NCBI GenBank assembly: GCA_030654225.1
Contig: JAURXY010000017.1
Span: forward strand, 1 to 57,175
Reading direction: 5' to 3'
Origin: a bacterium
GTDB taxonomy: Bacteria; Patescibacteriota; Minisyncoccia; Moranbacterales; UBA2206
Length of the DNA stretch: 57,175 nucleotides
The notes below the pieces were generated by a model. The model ran no database searches and was not told where the DNA came from. It worked only from the letters and a program-made list of their open reading frames with translations. The position numbers were made by a program, and so were the translations under genes. Every line of letters begins with the position of its first letter. Position 1 is the stretch's first letter. Positions 29,659-38,958 of this stretch are shown here, piece by piece.

Positions 29659-30918
29659 TTACGGTAAAAACTTTTCCACCCATCTTTTGATATCCCCTGC
29701 TTTACCACCAAAACCACTGGTAAGATTGCCCATAAATCGACTGGATGATTTCAGCATACCGCCGGATTCGTTAGCTTCGATTCCCCAAAGGACAAGACCG
29801 ATAACTGTCGCAAAAGATGGATCATCCACCTTATCCACCAGCCCACCTAGCGGAGATGGAAAACCAGTTTGTGCTGGTAGTCCTAAAACTTCTTTGGCCA
29901 GATCCACGGCCCCCGGAAGTTTGGAAGTTCCACCCACCAGCACTGCGCCTGCGGGAAGCAATTTTTCTTTGCCAATTAATTTTAATTCCTTGTTCACTAA
30001 GGTGAAAATTTCTTCTAGTCGCGCTTCAATTATTTCTGCCACATGATGGCGAGAAACTATACCCTCTTCGCTAGAGTCAATTTCAGCTAAATTTATGTCT
30101 TCCTTTTTGCCAATTTCGCGTGGAATAGCACTGCCAAATTCAATTTTTACTCTTTCTGCAACATCAATAGAAGTGCGAAGACCAATAGCGATGTCATTAG
30201 TGATATGATTTCCGCCGACAGGAATGATCACGCTCGCAATCAAATCATCTTCTTCAAAAACAGCCACCGAAGTTGTTCCGCCACCAATGTCAACCAGCAC
30301 TACGCCCAATTCTTTTTGCCTTTTGGTGAGTGTTGCTTTAGCTCCAGCCAAAGGGGCCAACACAAAATTTTCCACTTCTATTTTGGCTTGATCAAAACAT
30401 TTAGAAAGATTTTTGATGTACGGCGTTGCACCTTCAATGATCAGAGTGTCCACTTCCAAACGAACCCCGTTCATTCCCAGTGGATCTTTGATGTTTTTTT
30501 GATCGTCTAATGAATAATTTTTCGGAATAATATGAATTATTTCACGATTTGGCGGAATAGAAATTGCTTGCGCCGCGCCAATTACTCTTTCAATGTCATC
30601 CTGTGTCACTTCTCCATCTGCTCGGCCGACGGCGATCACGCCTTTGGAATATTGCGAAGAAATGTGATTGCCACCGATGCTCACAATCGCTCGATCAATT
30701 GTTATCCCAGCCGTTCTTTCCGCTTTTTCCAAAGATTCATTGACGGCTTGCAAAGTTTCTTCGATGTTGACTATGACACCTTTTCGCACACCCAAAGAAT
30801 CGGCCGTACCCACGCCAATAATTCTGGGTTTTTCTTCCGGAGAAATTATTTGAGTGATGACTGTTCTAATACTAGAAGAGCCGACATCAATTCCACAAAT
30901 TATATTCTTTCTCGACAT
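29659..30918 (-). CDS. ftsA: Cell division protein FtsA
   Basis: GIDVGSS, VDIGGGTT, GGNHITNDI, IIEARLEEI. Confidence 0.96.
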   Translation of the reverse strand: MSRKNIICGIDVGSSSIRTVITQIISPEEKPRIIGVGTADSLGVRKGVIVNIEETLQAVNESLEKAERTAGITIDRAIVSIGGNHISSQYSKGVIAVGRADGEVTQDDIERVIGAAQAISIPPNREIIHIIPKNYSLDDQKNIKDPLGMNGVRLEVDTLIIEGATPYIKNLSKCFDQAKIEVENFVLAPLAGAKATLTKRQKELGVVLVDIGGGTTSVAVFEEDDLIASVIIPVGGNHITNDIAIGLRTSIDVAERVKIEFGSAIPREIGKKEDINLAEIDSSEEGIVSRHHVAEIIEARLEEIFTLVNKELKLIGKEKLLPAGAVLVGGTSKLPGAVDLAKEVLGLPAQTGFPSPLGGLVDKVDDPSFATVIGLVLWGIEANESGGMLKSSSRFMGNLTSGFGGKAGDIKRWVEKFLP

Positions 30919-31002
30919 GATAAAAAGACTAATTGATTATACTTTATTATACAATAAAACAAAACTAACCGCAAAGCTCCCCCGGTTAAATTTATTTTTA
31001 TT

Positions 31003-31359
31003 TTAAAAAATATGCGGAATAAATATCGCTAAACCGATGATGAGAGCCAGGATAGAAGTCAGAAGAACACTGGCCGCCATCAAGTCTTTTATCAATCTTG
31101 CATAGGGATGCACTCCTGGTTTCAAAATATCAATGATTCTTTCTATAATCGTATTTAACATTTCCATAATGAGTACCGCCATAATCATTGTAGTAATCAC
31201 AATCATTTCCAGTCGTGTCACGCGATAATAAAACATAAAACTAACCGCTATAATTGCCACGATCAGTTCGTTTTGAAAATTTTTTTCGTTTTTTATAGCA
31301 TATCTCAAGCCGCGAAAAGCATGACTGAAACTTTTGAAAAATTCTTTTACTCTGGTCAT
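31003..31359 (-). CDS. dgkA: DgkA-family diacylglycerol/undecaprenol kinase
   Basis: SFSHAFRG, EMLNTIIE, KDLMAA; adjacent to ybeY. Confidence 0.85.
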   Translation of the reverse strand: MTRVKEFFKSFSHAFRGLRYAIKNEKNFQNELIVAIIAVSFMFYYRVTRLEMIVITTMIMAVLIMEMLNTIIERIIDILKPGVHPYARLIKDLMAASVLLTSILALIIGLAIFIPHIF

Positions 31360-31366
31360 AGATTTT

Positions 31367-31822
31367 TTATTTTATGAATTGATTGGCAACCTCTTTTTGA
31401 ATCGCAAACATTTTTTGCGAGTGACGAAGACCCAACAAATGAAGCACGCCGTGAGAAATTATTTCGGCCAATTCTTGCTTGGCATTTTTCTTTTCCTCTT
31501 TGGCATATTTGGCAATATAAGTATAGCACACAATTATCTCTCCGAGATATATATTTTTATCCACAGCCGTTTGCAAATCTTCTTGCTTTTTATATTCACA
31601 AAAAGAAAGCACGTCAGTGGCTGTTTTTTTCTTGCGATAAATCGCGTTCATCTTGGCAATTTCTCCTTCAGGAACTGAAGCAAAACTCAGGGAAATATTT
31701 TTTTTTTCTAAATATTGAAAATTCTCATGCGCTAATGTTTTTTTCGCAACTTGAAACAAGAATGCTTTTTTGATTCCGCTTTTTTCCTGATCGTTAAAAT
31801 CAATTTCAATTTTCATATACAA
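31367..31822 (-). CDS. ybeY: rRNA maturation RNase YbeY
   Basis: TDVLSF, LGEI, HGVLHLLGLRH. Confidence 0.93.
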   Translation of the reverse strand: MYMKIEIDFNDQEKSGIKKAFLFQVAKKTLAHENFQYLEKKNISLSFASVPEGEIAKMNAIYRKKKTATDVLSFCEYKKQEDLQTAVDKNIYLGEIIVCYTYIAKYAKEEKKNAKQELAEIISHGVLHLLGLRHSQKMFAIQKEVANQFIK

Positions 31823-31825
31823 GAA

Positions 31826-31851
31826 GAAGCGCCCACTCTAGGGGGCGCTTC
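31826..31851. terminator. Hairpin between yqeY and ybeY
   Basis: gaagcgccc...gggcgcttc. Confidence 0.45.
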
Positions 31852-31858
31852 AAAGAAA

Positions 31859-32308
31859 CTATTGCAATTCTTCTTCGACAATTTTTTTGACTAAATTACC
31901 ATCGACTTTTCCCTTAAGAACAGTCATCGCTTTTCCCATCACCTTGCCAATCTCCGATTTGGAAACTGCGCCAACTTCGGCGATTATTTTCAAAACTTCT
32001 ACTCTCGCTTCTTCATCGCTTAGTTGCGCTGGCATATAGACAGAAAGGATTTCTATCTCAGTATTTTCTTTTTGCGCCAAATCTTCTCGACCACCACTGG
32101 CATATTGAGAAGCACTGTCTTTTCTTTGTTTGATCGCTCGTGCTATAACTTCTTGCGTTTCTTCGTCGCTCAAACCTTCCTCTCTTTTCTTTTTTTCAAT
32201 TTCCGAGTTTTTGACCATCGAGTCGAGCATTCGAAGCGTATCGCGCTTGGCGGTGTCCCCCGCCTTCATAGCTAACTTCAAATCTTCTAAAATTTTTTGT
32301 TTCAACAT
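31859..32308 (-). CDS. GatB/YqeY domain protein
   Basis: LKLAMKAGD, KQRKDS, YMPAQLS, GKVMG. Confidence 0.9.
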   Translation of the reverse strand: MLKQKILEDLKLAMKAGDTAKRDTLRMLDSMVKNSEIEKKKREEGLSDEETQEVIARAIKQRKDSASQYASGGREDLAQKENTEIEILSVYMPAQLSDEEARVEVLKIIAEVGAVSKSEIGKVMGKAMTVLKGKVDGNLVKKIVEEELQ

Positions 32309-32313
32309 AATGA

Positions 32314-32568
32314 CTATTTTATTAGTTTCTTTTTGACGTTTTTGAAAGTTGATTCATCAAACTTTCCCATTTTCTTGAGACGACTGACAACTTTTCTGAC
32401 TTTTTCTTTGTATATCGCGCCAGAAATTTTTTCTCGTTTAGTTTTTTCATCCGCACGAAAACGCGATCTTCTGGCCTTTACCAAAACACCGCTTTGCTGA
32501 ACACGACGGCTAAATCTGCGAATCAGACTTTCTGATGACTCACGGTCTTTCTTTTTTACTTCAATCAT
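32314..32568 (-). CDS. rpsU: 30S ribosomal protein S21
   Basis: ESSESLIRRFSRRVQQSG; synteny with HIT and yqeY. Confidence 0.8.
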   Translation of the reverse strand: MIEVKKKDRESSESLIRRFSRRVQQSGVLVKARRSRFRADEKTKREKISGAIYKEKVRKVVSRLKKMGKFDESTFKNVKKKLIK

Positions 32569-32599
32569 AAATTACCTCCTCTCTAAATTTAAAATTATC

Positions 32600-32947
32600 C
32601 TAAATAATCGGCCGAATATCTTCAGAAAGCTTAGCACCTCCGATAAGATGTAAGTGAATATGTGGCACTTCTTGCCCACCCCACTCTCCGGTTCGAATTA
32701 ATAGTTTATACCCTTTCTCAAAAATGTCAAAACTTTTAGCAATTTCTTTGGCTCGAAATATCATTTTTCCAACCAATTCGATATCTCTTTCTTCTAAATC
32801 ATTAATGCTATCAATATGCTTTTTTGGAATAATTAGGATGTGAATTGGTGCAATTGGATGAATATCTTTGAAAGCTAAAACATCCTTGTCTTCAAAAACA
32901 ATCTCTGCTGGAATTTCCTTGTTGATGATTTTGCAAAAAATACACAT
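32600..32947 (-). CDS. HIT family nucleotide-binding protein
   Basis: CIFCKI, HIHLH triad. Confidence 0.95.
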   Translation of the reverse strand: MCIFCKIINKEIPAEIVFEDKDVLAFKDIHPIAPIHILIIPKKHIDSINDLEERDIELVGKMIFRAKEIAKSFDIFEKGYKLLIRTGEWGGQEVPHIHLHLIGGAKLSEDIRPII

Positions 32948-34296
32948 TAGTTATGATACACCACTACATTATCCGCTTTTAATTTTTTCTTGATAAGTTC
33001 CACTAGTTTGTCCATACTCACTGTTTCTTGCGCGCCGGTTGTCATATTTTTCACAATCACCGTGCCATCCAACGATTCCTTTTGACCCAGAATCAAAGTG
33101 AATTCTACGCCTAATTTATTGGCAATTCTAAGTTGTGATTTCAAGCTTCCTCGTCCAAAACTTTCGGCTGTGAGAATACCATTTTTTTCCAATTCAGAAA
33201 ACAATCGCAAACTTTTCTTTTTGGCCAGATTTCCCAGTTGAGCTAAAAATACTTTCGGCTTGGGAAGTTTATATGGCTTAGCTTGCACTCTTTTCATTTC
33301 AGCAATCACTCTTTCTACTCCAAAAGCAAAACCAATGGCTGGGGTGTCTTCTCCGCCCATCATTTTGATCAATTTATCATATCTGCCTCCGCCACCCAAA
33401 GACAATTTCTTACCTTCTTCGGCGCTAGACCAAATTTCAAAAACTGTTTTTGTATAATAGTCCAAACCACGAACTAAATGTGGATTAATAATATATGGCA
33501 AATCCAACTCATCCAAATATTCTAGCAAAGTTTTGAAATGTGTTCGACATTCTTCACAAAGATGATCAACTGATTGCGGGGCTAGTGCTGCCACTTGTGA
33601 ACATTTGTCTTCTTTGCAATCCAAAACTCGCAAAGGGTTAGTGTCCATTCTTCGTTTGCAATCCTGACAAAGTTTTGATTTTTTTGATTCTAAATAGTTG
33701 ACCAAAAGTTCTTTATAGTCTTTGCGACAAACCTGACAACCAATAGAGTTAACTTGCATTTGGACTGATTTTATTCCTAGAGTTTGGATAATGCGATGAG
33801 CGATTTGAATCATTTGTGCATCCAAAATTGGATCTTGTTCGCCATAGGCATCAAAATTAACTTGGAAATGCTCTCGGTATCGTCCTTCTTGTGGTCGGTC
33901 ATAACGATAAACCGGACCAGTTGAAAAAATTTTGACTGGTTTTGAAAAAACATTCATTCCATTTTGAATGAAACTGCGACAATTGCCAGCGGTCAGTTCC
34001 GGACGAAGCGCTACTTTGTCACCTCCACGCGTAACAAAAGAATACATTTCTTTTTCCACAATATCTGTACCTTCGCCAATACTTCGAGTGAACAAATTAG
34101 AAAATTCTAAAATTGGAGTATCCAATCGCAAAAAACCATAGTCCCGTGACAATCTTTCCGAAATGCGCCTCACCTGTTCCCAGTATGGCTGATCGCCAGG
34201 CAAAATATCTTTCATTCCACGCAAAGTATGCAACACAAGTGGTTCTTCTTTGACTTTTTCAGTTTTAACTTTTTTAGTGATTTTTTTTAGAGGCAT
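32947..34296 (-). CDS. hisS: Histidine--tRNA ligase
   Basis: LRPELTA, RPQEGRYREH, LVRGLDYY, GGGRYD; start moved to MPLKK. Confidence 0.96.
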   Translation of the reverse strand: MPLKKITKKVKTEKVKEEPLVLHTLRGMKDILPGDQPYWEQVRRISERLSRDYGFLRLDTPILEFSNLFTRSIGEGTDIVEKEMYSFVTRGGDKVALRPELTAGNCRSFIQNGMNVFSKPVKIFSTGPVYRYDRPQEGRYREHFQVNFDAYGEQDPILDAQMIQIAHRIIQTLGIKSVQMQVNSIGCQVCRKDYKELLVNYLESKKSKLCQDCKRRMDTNPLRVLDCKEDKCSQVAALAPQSVDHLCEECRTHFKTLLEYLDELDLPYIINPHLVRGLDYYTKTVFEIWSSAEEGKKLSLGGGGRYDKLIKMMGGEDTPAIGFAFGVERVIAEMKRVQAKPYKLPKPKVFLAQLGNLAKKKSLRLFSELEKNGILTAESFGRGSLKSQLRIANKLGVEFTLILGQKESLDGTVIVKNMTTGAQETVSMDKLVELIKKKLKADNVVVYHN

Positions 34297-34309
34297 AAAA
34301 GTAAATAAA

Positions 34310-34906
34310 TTAATAAATAGAAATCTTATCGAGTGGCCAAGCACGCACCAGCACTTCGCCGATGATATCATTTTTTGGCACTGGTCCCCAAACCCTAGAA
34401 TCACTACTAAATTGTCGATTGTCGCCCAGAACAAAATATTGATTGTCTTTCAGTGTTATCGCGATGTCTCCTTTTGTTGATGTGCCCAATGGGATATATT
34501 CTTTTTCATCTAAAACAAATCCGTTCGGATTTTCAGAATTAAAAATAGTGATCTCATTATTTTTTATCTGCACTTTTTCTCCCGGTAAGCCAATGACGCG
34601 TTTGATGAAAAATTTCTTTGGATCAAGTGGGTAACGAAAAACTATTGGATGCTGACGGTCAAGCTCTTTGAATGAATTTATATTTACGGCCTTAAGATCA
34701 GTTTCCTTGAAACCAAATTCATTAATGATCAAATATTGCCCGTCTTCAAAATTAGGCTCCATTGAAGCCCCTTGCACAAAAAATGGCTGAAACAAAAAAA
34801 CTCGTATCGGCACAATCACAATAAAAGCCAGCGCCACGATCTTTATTATCTCCAATATGAATTCTCCTACTCCCTGATAGGAATAGTCTGTATTTTTTTC
34901 TTTCAT
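34310..34906 (-). CDS. lepB: Signal peptidase I
   Basis: GASMEP, IKRVIGLPG, GDNR..SSDSR.WG. Confidence 0.95.
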   Translation of the reverse strand: MKEKNTDYSYQGVGEFILEIIKIVALAFIVIVPIRVFLFQPFFVQGASMEPNFEDGQYLIINEFGFKETDLKAVNINSFKELDRQHPIVFRYPLDPKKFFIKRVIGLPGEKVQIKNNEITIFNSENPNGFVLDEKEYIPLGTSTKGDIAITLKDNQYFVLGDNRQFSSDSRVWGPVPKNDIIGEVLVRAWPLDKISIY

Positions 34907-35007
34907 TGCTTTATCTTAACAGATAAAAGCCCTTTTGGCAAGGGCAACTTTAGGCTTAAATTAGCCAAAGATTGACTAATCATCTTTTGCAGTTTATTAT
35001 TAAAATA

Positions 35008-36432
35008 ATGAGAAGAAAAAATATTTTCATAAAACTTATTTTAGGACTAGCAGTCCTCATTATTCTCCTTGGTATTGTACACGGCGCCTTTTTTATTTGG
35101 AAAATAGCTAATACTGAAAATAGGATAAGCATAAAAGATGAAAATAATGCTTCTTTTTTTGGCACATTCAAGGATATTGTGGCTCCTAGCCAAATCAAAC
35201 TCAAGGGAATGAGTGACAACAGAATCAATATTTTGCTTTTGGGCATTGCAGGCAAGGGAAAACCAGGCAACAATCTTACTGACACCATTATGATTGCCAG
35301 TGTCAATACCAAAACTGGCAAAGTCGCCCTGCTTTCTATCCCGCGCGATCTTTATGTGGAAATTCCCGAGATGAACTATCAAAACAAAATAAATTCTGTT
35401 TATGAGCATGGTTTGCAAAATTTTCCCACTGACGCCGAAAATTCCATGGAACCGATGAAAAAAGTAATCAAAAATATCACTTCGCTCGACATTGATTATT
35501 GGGCAGTAATTAATTTTGATGGTTTTCAAAAAGCCGTTGATGCTATCGGTGGGATAAATATAACTAACGAACGAGATATTCTTGATACTCGCTACCCAGG
35601 ACCAAATTATAGTTATGAAACTTTTGAACTTTCCAAGGGTTTTCATCATTTAGACGGCGCCACGGCTTTGAAATATGCCCGAATGCGTCACAATGATCCG
35701 GAAAGTGATTTTGGCCGAGCCAAAAGACAACAGCAAGTTATGCAAGCTGTCAAAAACAAAATTTTTTCTACGGGTACACTGCTCAATGCCATAGCAATCA
35801 ATCAATTTATGAATGCGCTGGGAGAAAATGTCAAAACCAATATCTCCAGTTCGGAGTTTGGAAATTTTCTCACCCTAATCAAAAATTTAGACACCAATAA
35901 TATCAATAATGTCGTGCTCGATGCTTGGAAAAAAGATAGCTTGCTTCGAGGTTCACATATGGCAGGAATTTCTGCCCTTATCCCTCGCGTTGGTAATTGG
36001 AGTGAAATTCAAGACTTAGCACAAAATATTTTTGATACTAATCAAATCACGCGTACACGAGAAGAAATTGCCAAAGAAAATGCCTCGGTGGTTGTGATCA
36101 ATAGAAGTGGCAGTAGTGTCGTTATGAACCAGATTAATAAACTTTTGAAAGACAGTTTTGAATATAAAAATGTTGTCATTCTTTCTGATTCGGGAAAAAA
36201 TGTGAATGGCGAAACTTTGATTTATGATTTGACCGGAAAAAACAAACCCTTCACTCAAAATGAACTCTTGAAAAAATTGCCCGCCAAAAATGGCACAATT
36301 TTGAACGCCAAAGACAAAAATATCATCAGCAATGTGAGCGCTGATCTAGTTTTGATTATCGGTCAAGATCTTGTCCCTAACTTCTCTATGGCGGAAGTGA
36401 GCTTTAAGGATTATAATGAAGATGAAAATTAA
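35008..36432 (+). CDS. LCP (LytR-CpsA-Psr) family protein
   Basis: TM helix, NILLLG, TDTIMI, SIPRD, SDFGRAKRQQ. Confidence 0.92.
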   Translation: MRRKNIFIKLILGLAVLIILLGIVHGAFFIWKIANTENRISIKDENNASFFGTFKDIVAPSQIKLKGMSDNRINILLLGIAGKGKPGNNLTDTIMIASVNTKTGKVALLSIPRDLYVEIPEMNYQNKINSVYEHGLQNFPTDAENSMEPMKKVIKNITSLDIDYWAVINFDGFQKAVDAIGGINITNERDILDTRYPGPNYSYETFELSKGFHHLDGATALKYARMRHNDPESDFGRAKRQQQVMQAVKNKIFSTGTLLNAIAINQFMNALGENVKTNISSSEFGNFLTLIKNLDTNNINNVVLDAWKKDSLLRGSHMAGISALIPRVGNWSEIQDLAQNIFDTNQITRTREEIAKENASVVVINRSGSSVVMNQINKLLKDSFEYKNVVILSDSGKNVNGETLIYDLTGKNKPFTQNELLKKLPAKNGTILNAKDKNIISNVSADLVLIIGQDLVPNFSMAEVSFKDYNEDEN

Positions 36433-36525
36433 TCACGCAGCATGAAACATGAAACATGCAACAAATTTTTATATTTAGCGCTTTAATTTTTTGTTTATTG
36501 TTTCATGCTTCATGTTATATGTTAT

Positions 36526-37068
36526 ATGAATATAATTATCGGCCTCGGCAATCCAGAAAAAAAATATGAACTCACCCGCCACAACGCTGGGTTTATGTTC
36601 TTGGATAAATTACAAAGCCAATGGGAATTTCCAATTTTCGAATTCAACAAGAAATTCAACACCGAAATTTCCAGAAATAATTTAGAAGAAAAAGAAATCC
36701 TCCTCGCCAAACCCCAAACATATATGAATCTTTCTGGGGTCTCCGTCAAAGCAATTTTGGATTTCTATAAACTTTCTCCTGATGACATCATTATTATTCA
36801 CGATGACATCGACATTCCACTGGGAAAATATAAAATTGCCACCGATTCATCTTCCGCCGGCCACAACGGCGTCCAAAACATAATCGACCAACTCGGCACG
36901 CAAAAATTCCGCCGTGTTAGAATTGGTGTCGGCCAATCAGTCGGAGAAGCTCTAGTCTGTCGTTTAAATGCACATGAATATGTTTTAGAAAAATTCACCC
37001 CCGAAGAACTCGAAACAACAAAAAAAATATCCGAGGATATTTTGGACGAAATCAAAAAGCTTTTATAA
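36526..37068 (+). CDS. pth: Peptidyl-tRNA hydrolase
   Basis: GLGNP, TRHNAG, KPQTYMN, HDD, GHNG. Confidence 0.96.
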   Translation: MNIIIGLGNPEKKYELTRHNAGFMFLDKLQSQWEFPIFEFNKKFNTEISRNNLEEKEILLAKPQTYMNLSGVSVKAILDFYKLSPDDIIIIHDDIDIPLGKYKIATDSSSAGHNGVQNIIDQLGTQKFRRVRIGVGQSVGEALVCRLNAHEYVLEKFTPEELETTKKISEDILDEIKKLL

Positions 37069-37123
37069 AAGCCGAGCTTTAATGAAGAGCCTAAGCAGTT
37101 CAAAAAGCTTGGCTTTAAAATCT

Positions 37124-37220
37124 TGCAAGTTCAGGCGTCTCGCCTGAACTTTTTATTTCTGGCAAAACTAATTATCTACCACCAGAAATGTGCGGTTCAA
37201 TCGAGACGATTGAACCTGCA
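37124..37220. repeat. Inverted pair of related REP-like hairpins
   Basis: tgcaagttcaggcg-tct-cgcctgaact and tgcggttcaatcg-aga-cgattgaacctgca share a core in opposite orientation. Confidence 0.6.
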
Positions 37221-37432
37221 CCAAAGACATTCCCTTGCGAAATGTATATTTTTAGTTTTTAATCCACCCCATAAAATAAAGAATTATAAATTGAGATTTT
37301 AGAGCGTTAAAAATTTACTCATTCTGCGCCTAAGGGGAGTTAGTAAATTTAGCGATAAAATCGAAAATTTATTTCTTTATTTTATTTGGGTGGCCTTTTT
37401 CTTTTTTGCCACTTTTCTTTTGGGAAAAGAAA

Positions 37433-37630
37433 AATGGCGAAAAGTCTTGCCTTCCACAATTCCACGTACAAGCGTGTATCTTTCTGAAAATTATTCCAAA
37501 AAAATATGTTTTACCTACCGGCAAAAACTAAGGAGGGTGTTTTTGCTTTGGAACTTGCACATGGAATTTTGGAAGCCAAAAGGCTTATTCTCGCCAAAAT
37601 CCCGCTTTTTTATACTTTTTAGGTACGATA
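37433..37630 (-). ncRNA. Candidate structured non-coding RNA (6S-like?)
   Basis: consensus promoter upstream with no ORF; 22-bp stem (37451-37472 / 37554-37575) with two G-U pairs on the minus strand; inner hairpins. Confidence 0.45.
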
Positions 37631-37634
37631 TACA

Positions 37635-37663
37635 AGTATAGCAGGTTTTGGGGTTTTTGTCAA
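37635..37663 (-). promoter_or_regulatory. Strong sigma70 promoter with extended -10
   Basis: TTGACA-N17-TATACT with TG at the extended -10 position. Confidence 0.7.
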
Positions 37664-37683
37664 GAAAAAAAGCCCATGCAACA

Positions 37684-37712
37684 GTAGGGACGAGGCAGTG
37701 CCTCGTCTCTAC
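37684..37712. repeat. GTAG-type REP palindrome (intergenic copy)
   Basis: gtagggacgaggcagtgcctcgtctctac; one mismatch to the comEC copy. Confidence 0.8.
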
Positions 37713-37746
37713 AAAAATTTTATGGGAATAAAAATAAGAAAACGCA

Positions 37747-38958
37747 TTATAAATATTTACGCTCTCTTAATTCGTCGGGTAAGTATTCTTGCGTTGAACT
37801 ATCCTCTTTTGGCGTGTATTTATAATTTTTGGAATAACCTAAGTCTTTCATTAGTTTTGTCGGAGCATTACGAATGTGAAACGGGACAGGAAGATTGCCA
37901 AATTTTTCCACATCACTTTTAGCTTTGGTATAAGCTTCATAGGCTGTGATATCTTTTTTGCTTTTGGATAGATAGATGACGCATTGCGCCAAATGCACAT
38001 TACATTCCGGCGCGCCCAATTTGTGGCAAGCGTCATATACTGCGTTAGCCAAAATCAAAGCAGTATTATTGGCCAGTCCCACATCCTCTGAGGCAAAACG
38101 CACTAAGCGACGGGCGATATAGATTGGGTCTTCCCCGCCTTCAAGCATCCGTGCCATCCAATAAACAGCCGCATTCGCATCCCCTCCTCGCATTGATTTG
38201 TGCAGAGCGGAAATAATATTGTAGTGTTCTTCGCCATTTTTGTCATAGAGTAAATGTGTTTTTTGAAAAACTTCTTTGATTTTTTCTACTGAAATTTCTT
38301 TGTTTTTTTGATTTTGTAATATATCCAAAACATTCAAGGCTGTTCGAGCGTCACCGTTGGCCATCCGCGCCAAAAAAGCAATTGACTCCTTGTTTATTTT
38401 TATTTTTATAATCTTAACCGCCCGAGAAATTATTTTTTCCAAACTTTCCTCAGATAATTTTTCCAAAACAAACACGCGAGTGCGCGAAAGCAAAGCACCG
38501 TTGACCTCAAAGCTAGGATTTTCCGTAGTAGCACCAATGAGCGTTATCACACCTTTCTCCACGCTCGGCAAAAGTGCATCTTGCTGACTTTTGTTCCAGC
38601 GATGAATCTCGTCTATGAACAAAATAGTTTTTTTGTTTTTTCCGCCAAAGGCGCCTGCCTGTCCGGTAGGCAGGGATCCGCCTTTGGCGGAGGCCCTAGA
38701 AATAACTTCCATCAAATCTTTTTTTCCGCTGGAGGTAGCGCTTAGGATTATAAATTCTGAATTAGTATTTTTGGCAATGATATGTGCGAGCGTTGTTTTG
38801 CCCGATCCCGGCGGTCCCCAAAGAATCATTGACGGCACACTATCATTTCCAATTGCCTCTGAAAGAAAAGATTTATCCCCTATCAGTTTTTCCTGCCCAA
38901 AAAAATCCTCCAGATTTTCTGGACGAATTCGATCAGCAAGTGGAATATCACAATCCAT
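37747..38958 (-). CDS. rarA: Replication-associated recombination protein A
   Basis: PLADRIRP, GPPGSGKTT, DEIHR, GATTENP, SALHKSMRG. Confidence 0.96.
   Translation of the reverse strand: MDCDIPLADRIRPENLEDFFGQEKLIGDKSFLSEAIGNDSVPSMILWGPPGSGKTTLAHIIAKNTNSEFIILSATSSGKKDLMEVISRASAKGGSLPTGQAGAFGGKNKKTILFIDEIHRWNKSQQDALLPSVEKGVITLIGATTENPSFEVNGALLSRTRVFVLEKLSEESLEKIISRAVKIIKIKINKESIAFLARMANGDARTALNVLDILQNQKNKEISVEKIKEVFQKTHLLYDKNGEEHYNIISALHKSMRGGDANAAVYWMARMLEGGEDPIYIARRLVRFASEDVGLANNTALILANAVYDACHKLGAPECNVHLAQCVIYLSKSKKDITAYEAYTKAKSDVEKFGNLPVPFHIRNAPTKLMKDLGYSKNYKYTPKEDSSTQEYLPDELRERKYL
38641..38691. repeat. Nested palindromes (30-bp outer, 21-bp inner), in frame in rarA
   Basis: tccgccaaaggcg[cctgcctgtccggtaggcagg]gatccgcctttggcgga; encodes SAKGGSLPTGQAGAFGG. 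Confidence 0.85.

Noticed and set aside
34297-34434. N-terminal extension of hisS in the ORF track
   Set aside because: Overlaps lepB in another frame; ATG at 34296 fits better. The same applies to the extension of 28794-29717 into ftsA.
37390-37641. 83-aa plus-strand ORF in the pth-rarA gap
   Set aside because: Low-complexity and runs through hairpins; a minus-strand structured RNA explains the region better. Kept only as an alternative small-ORF hypothesis.
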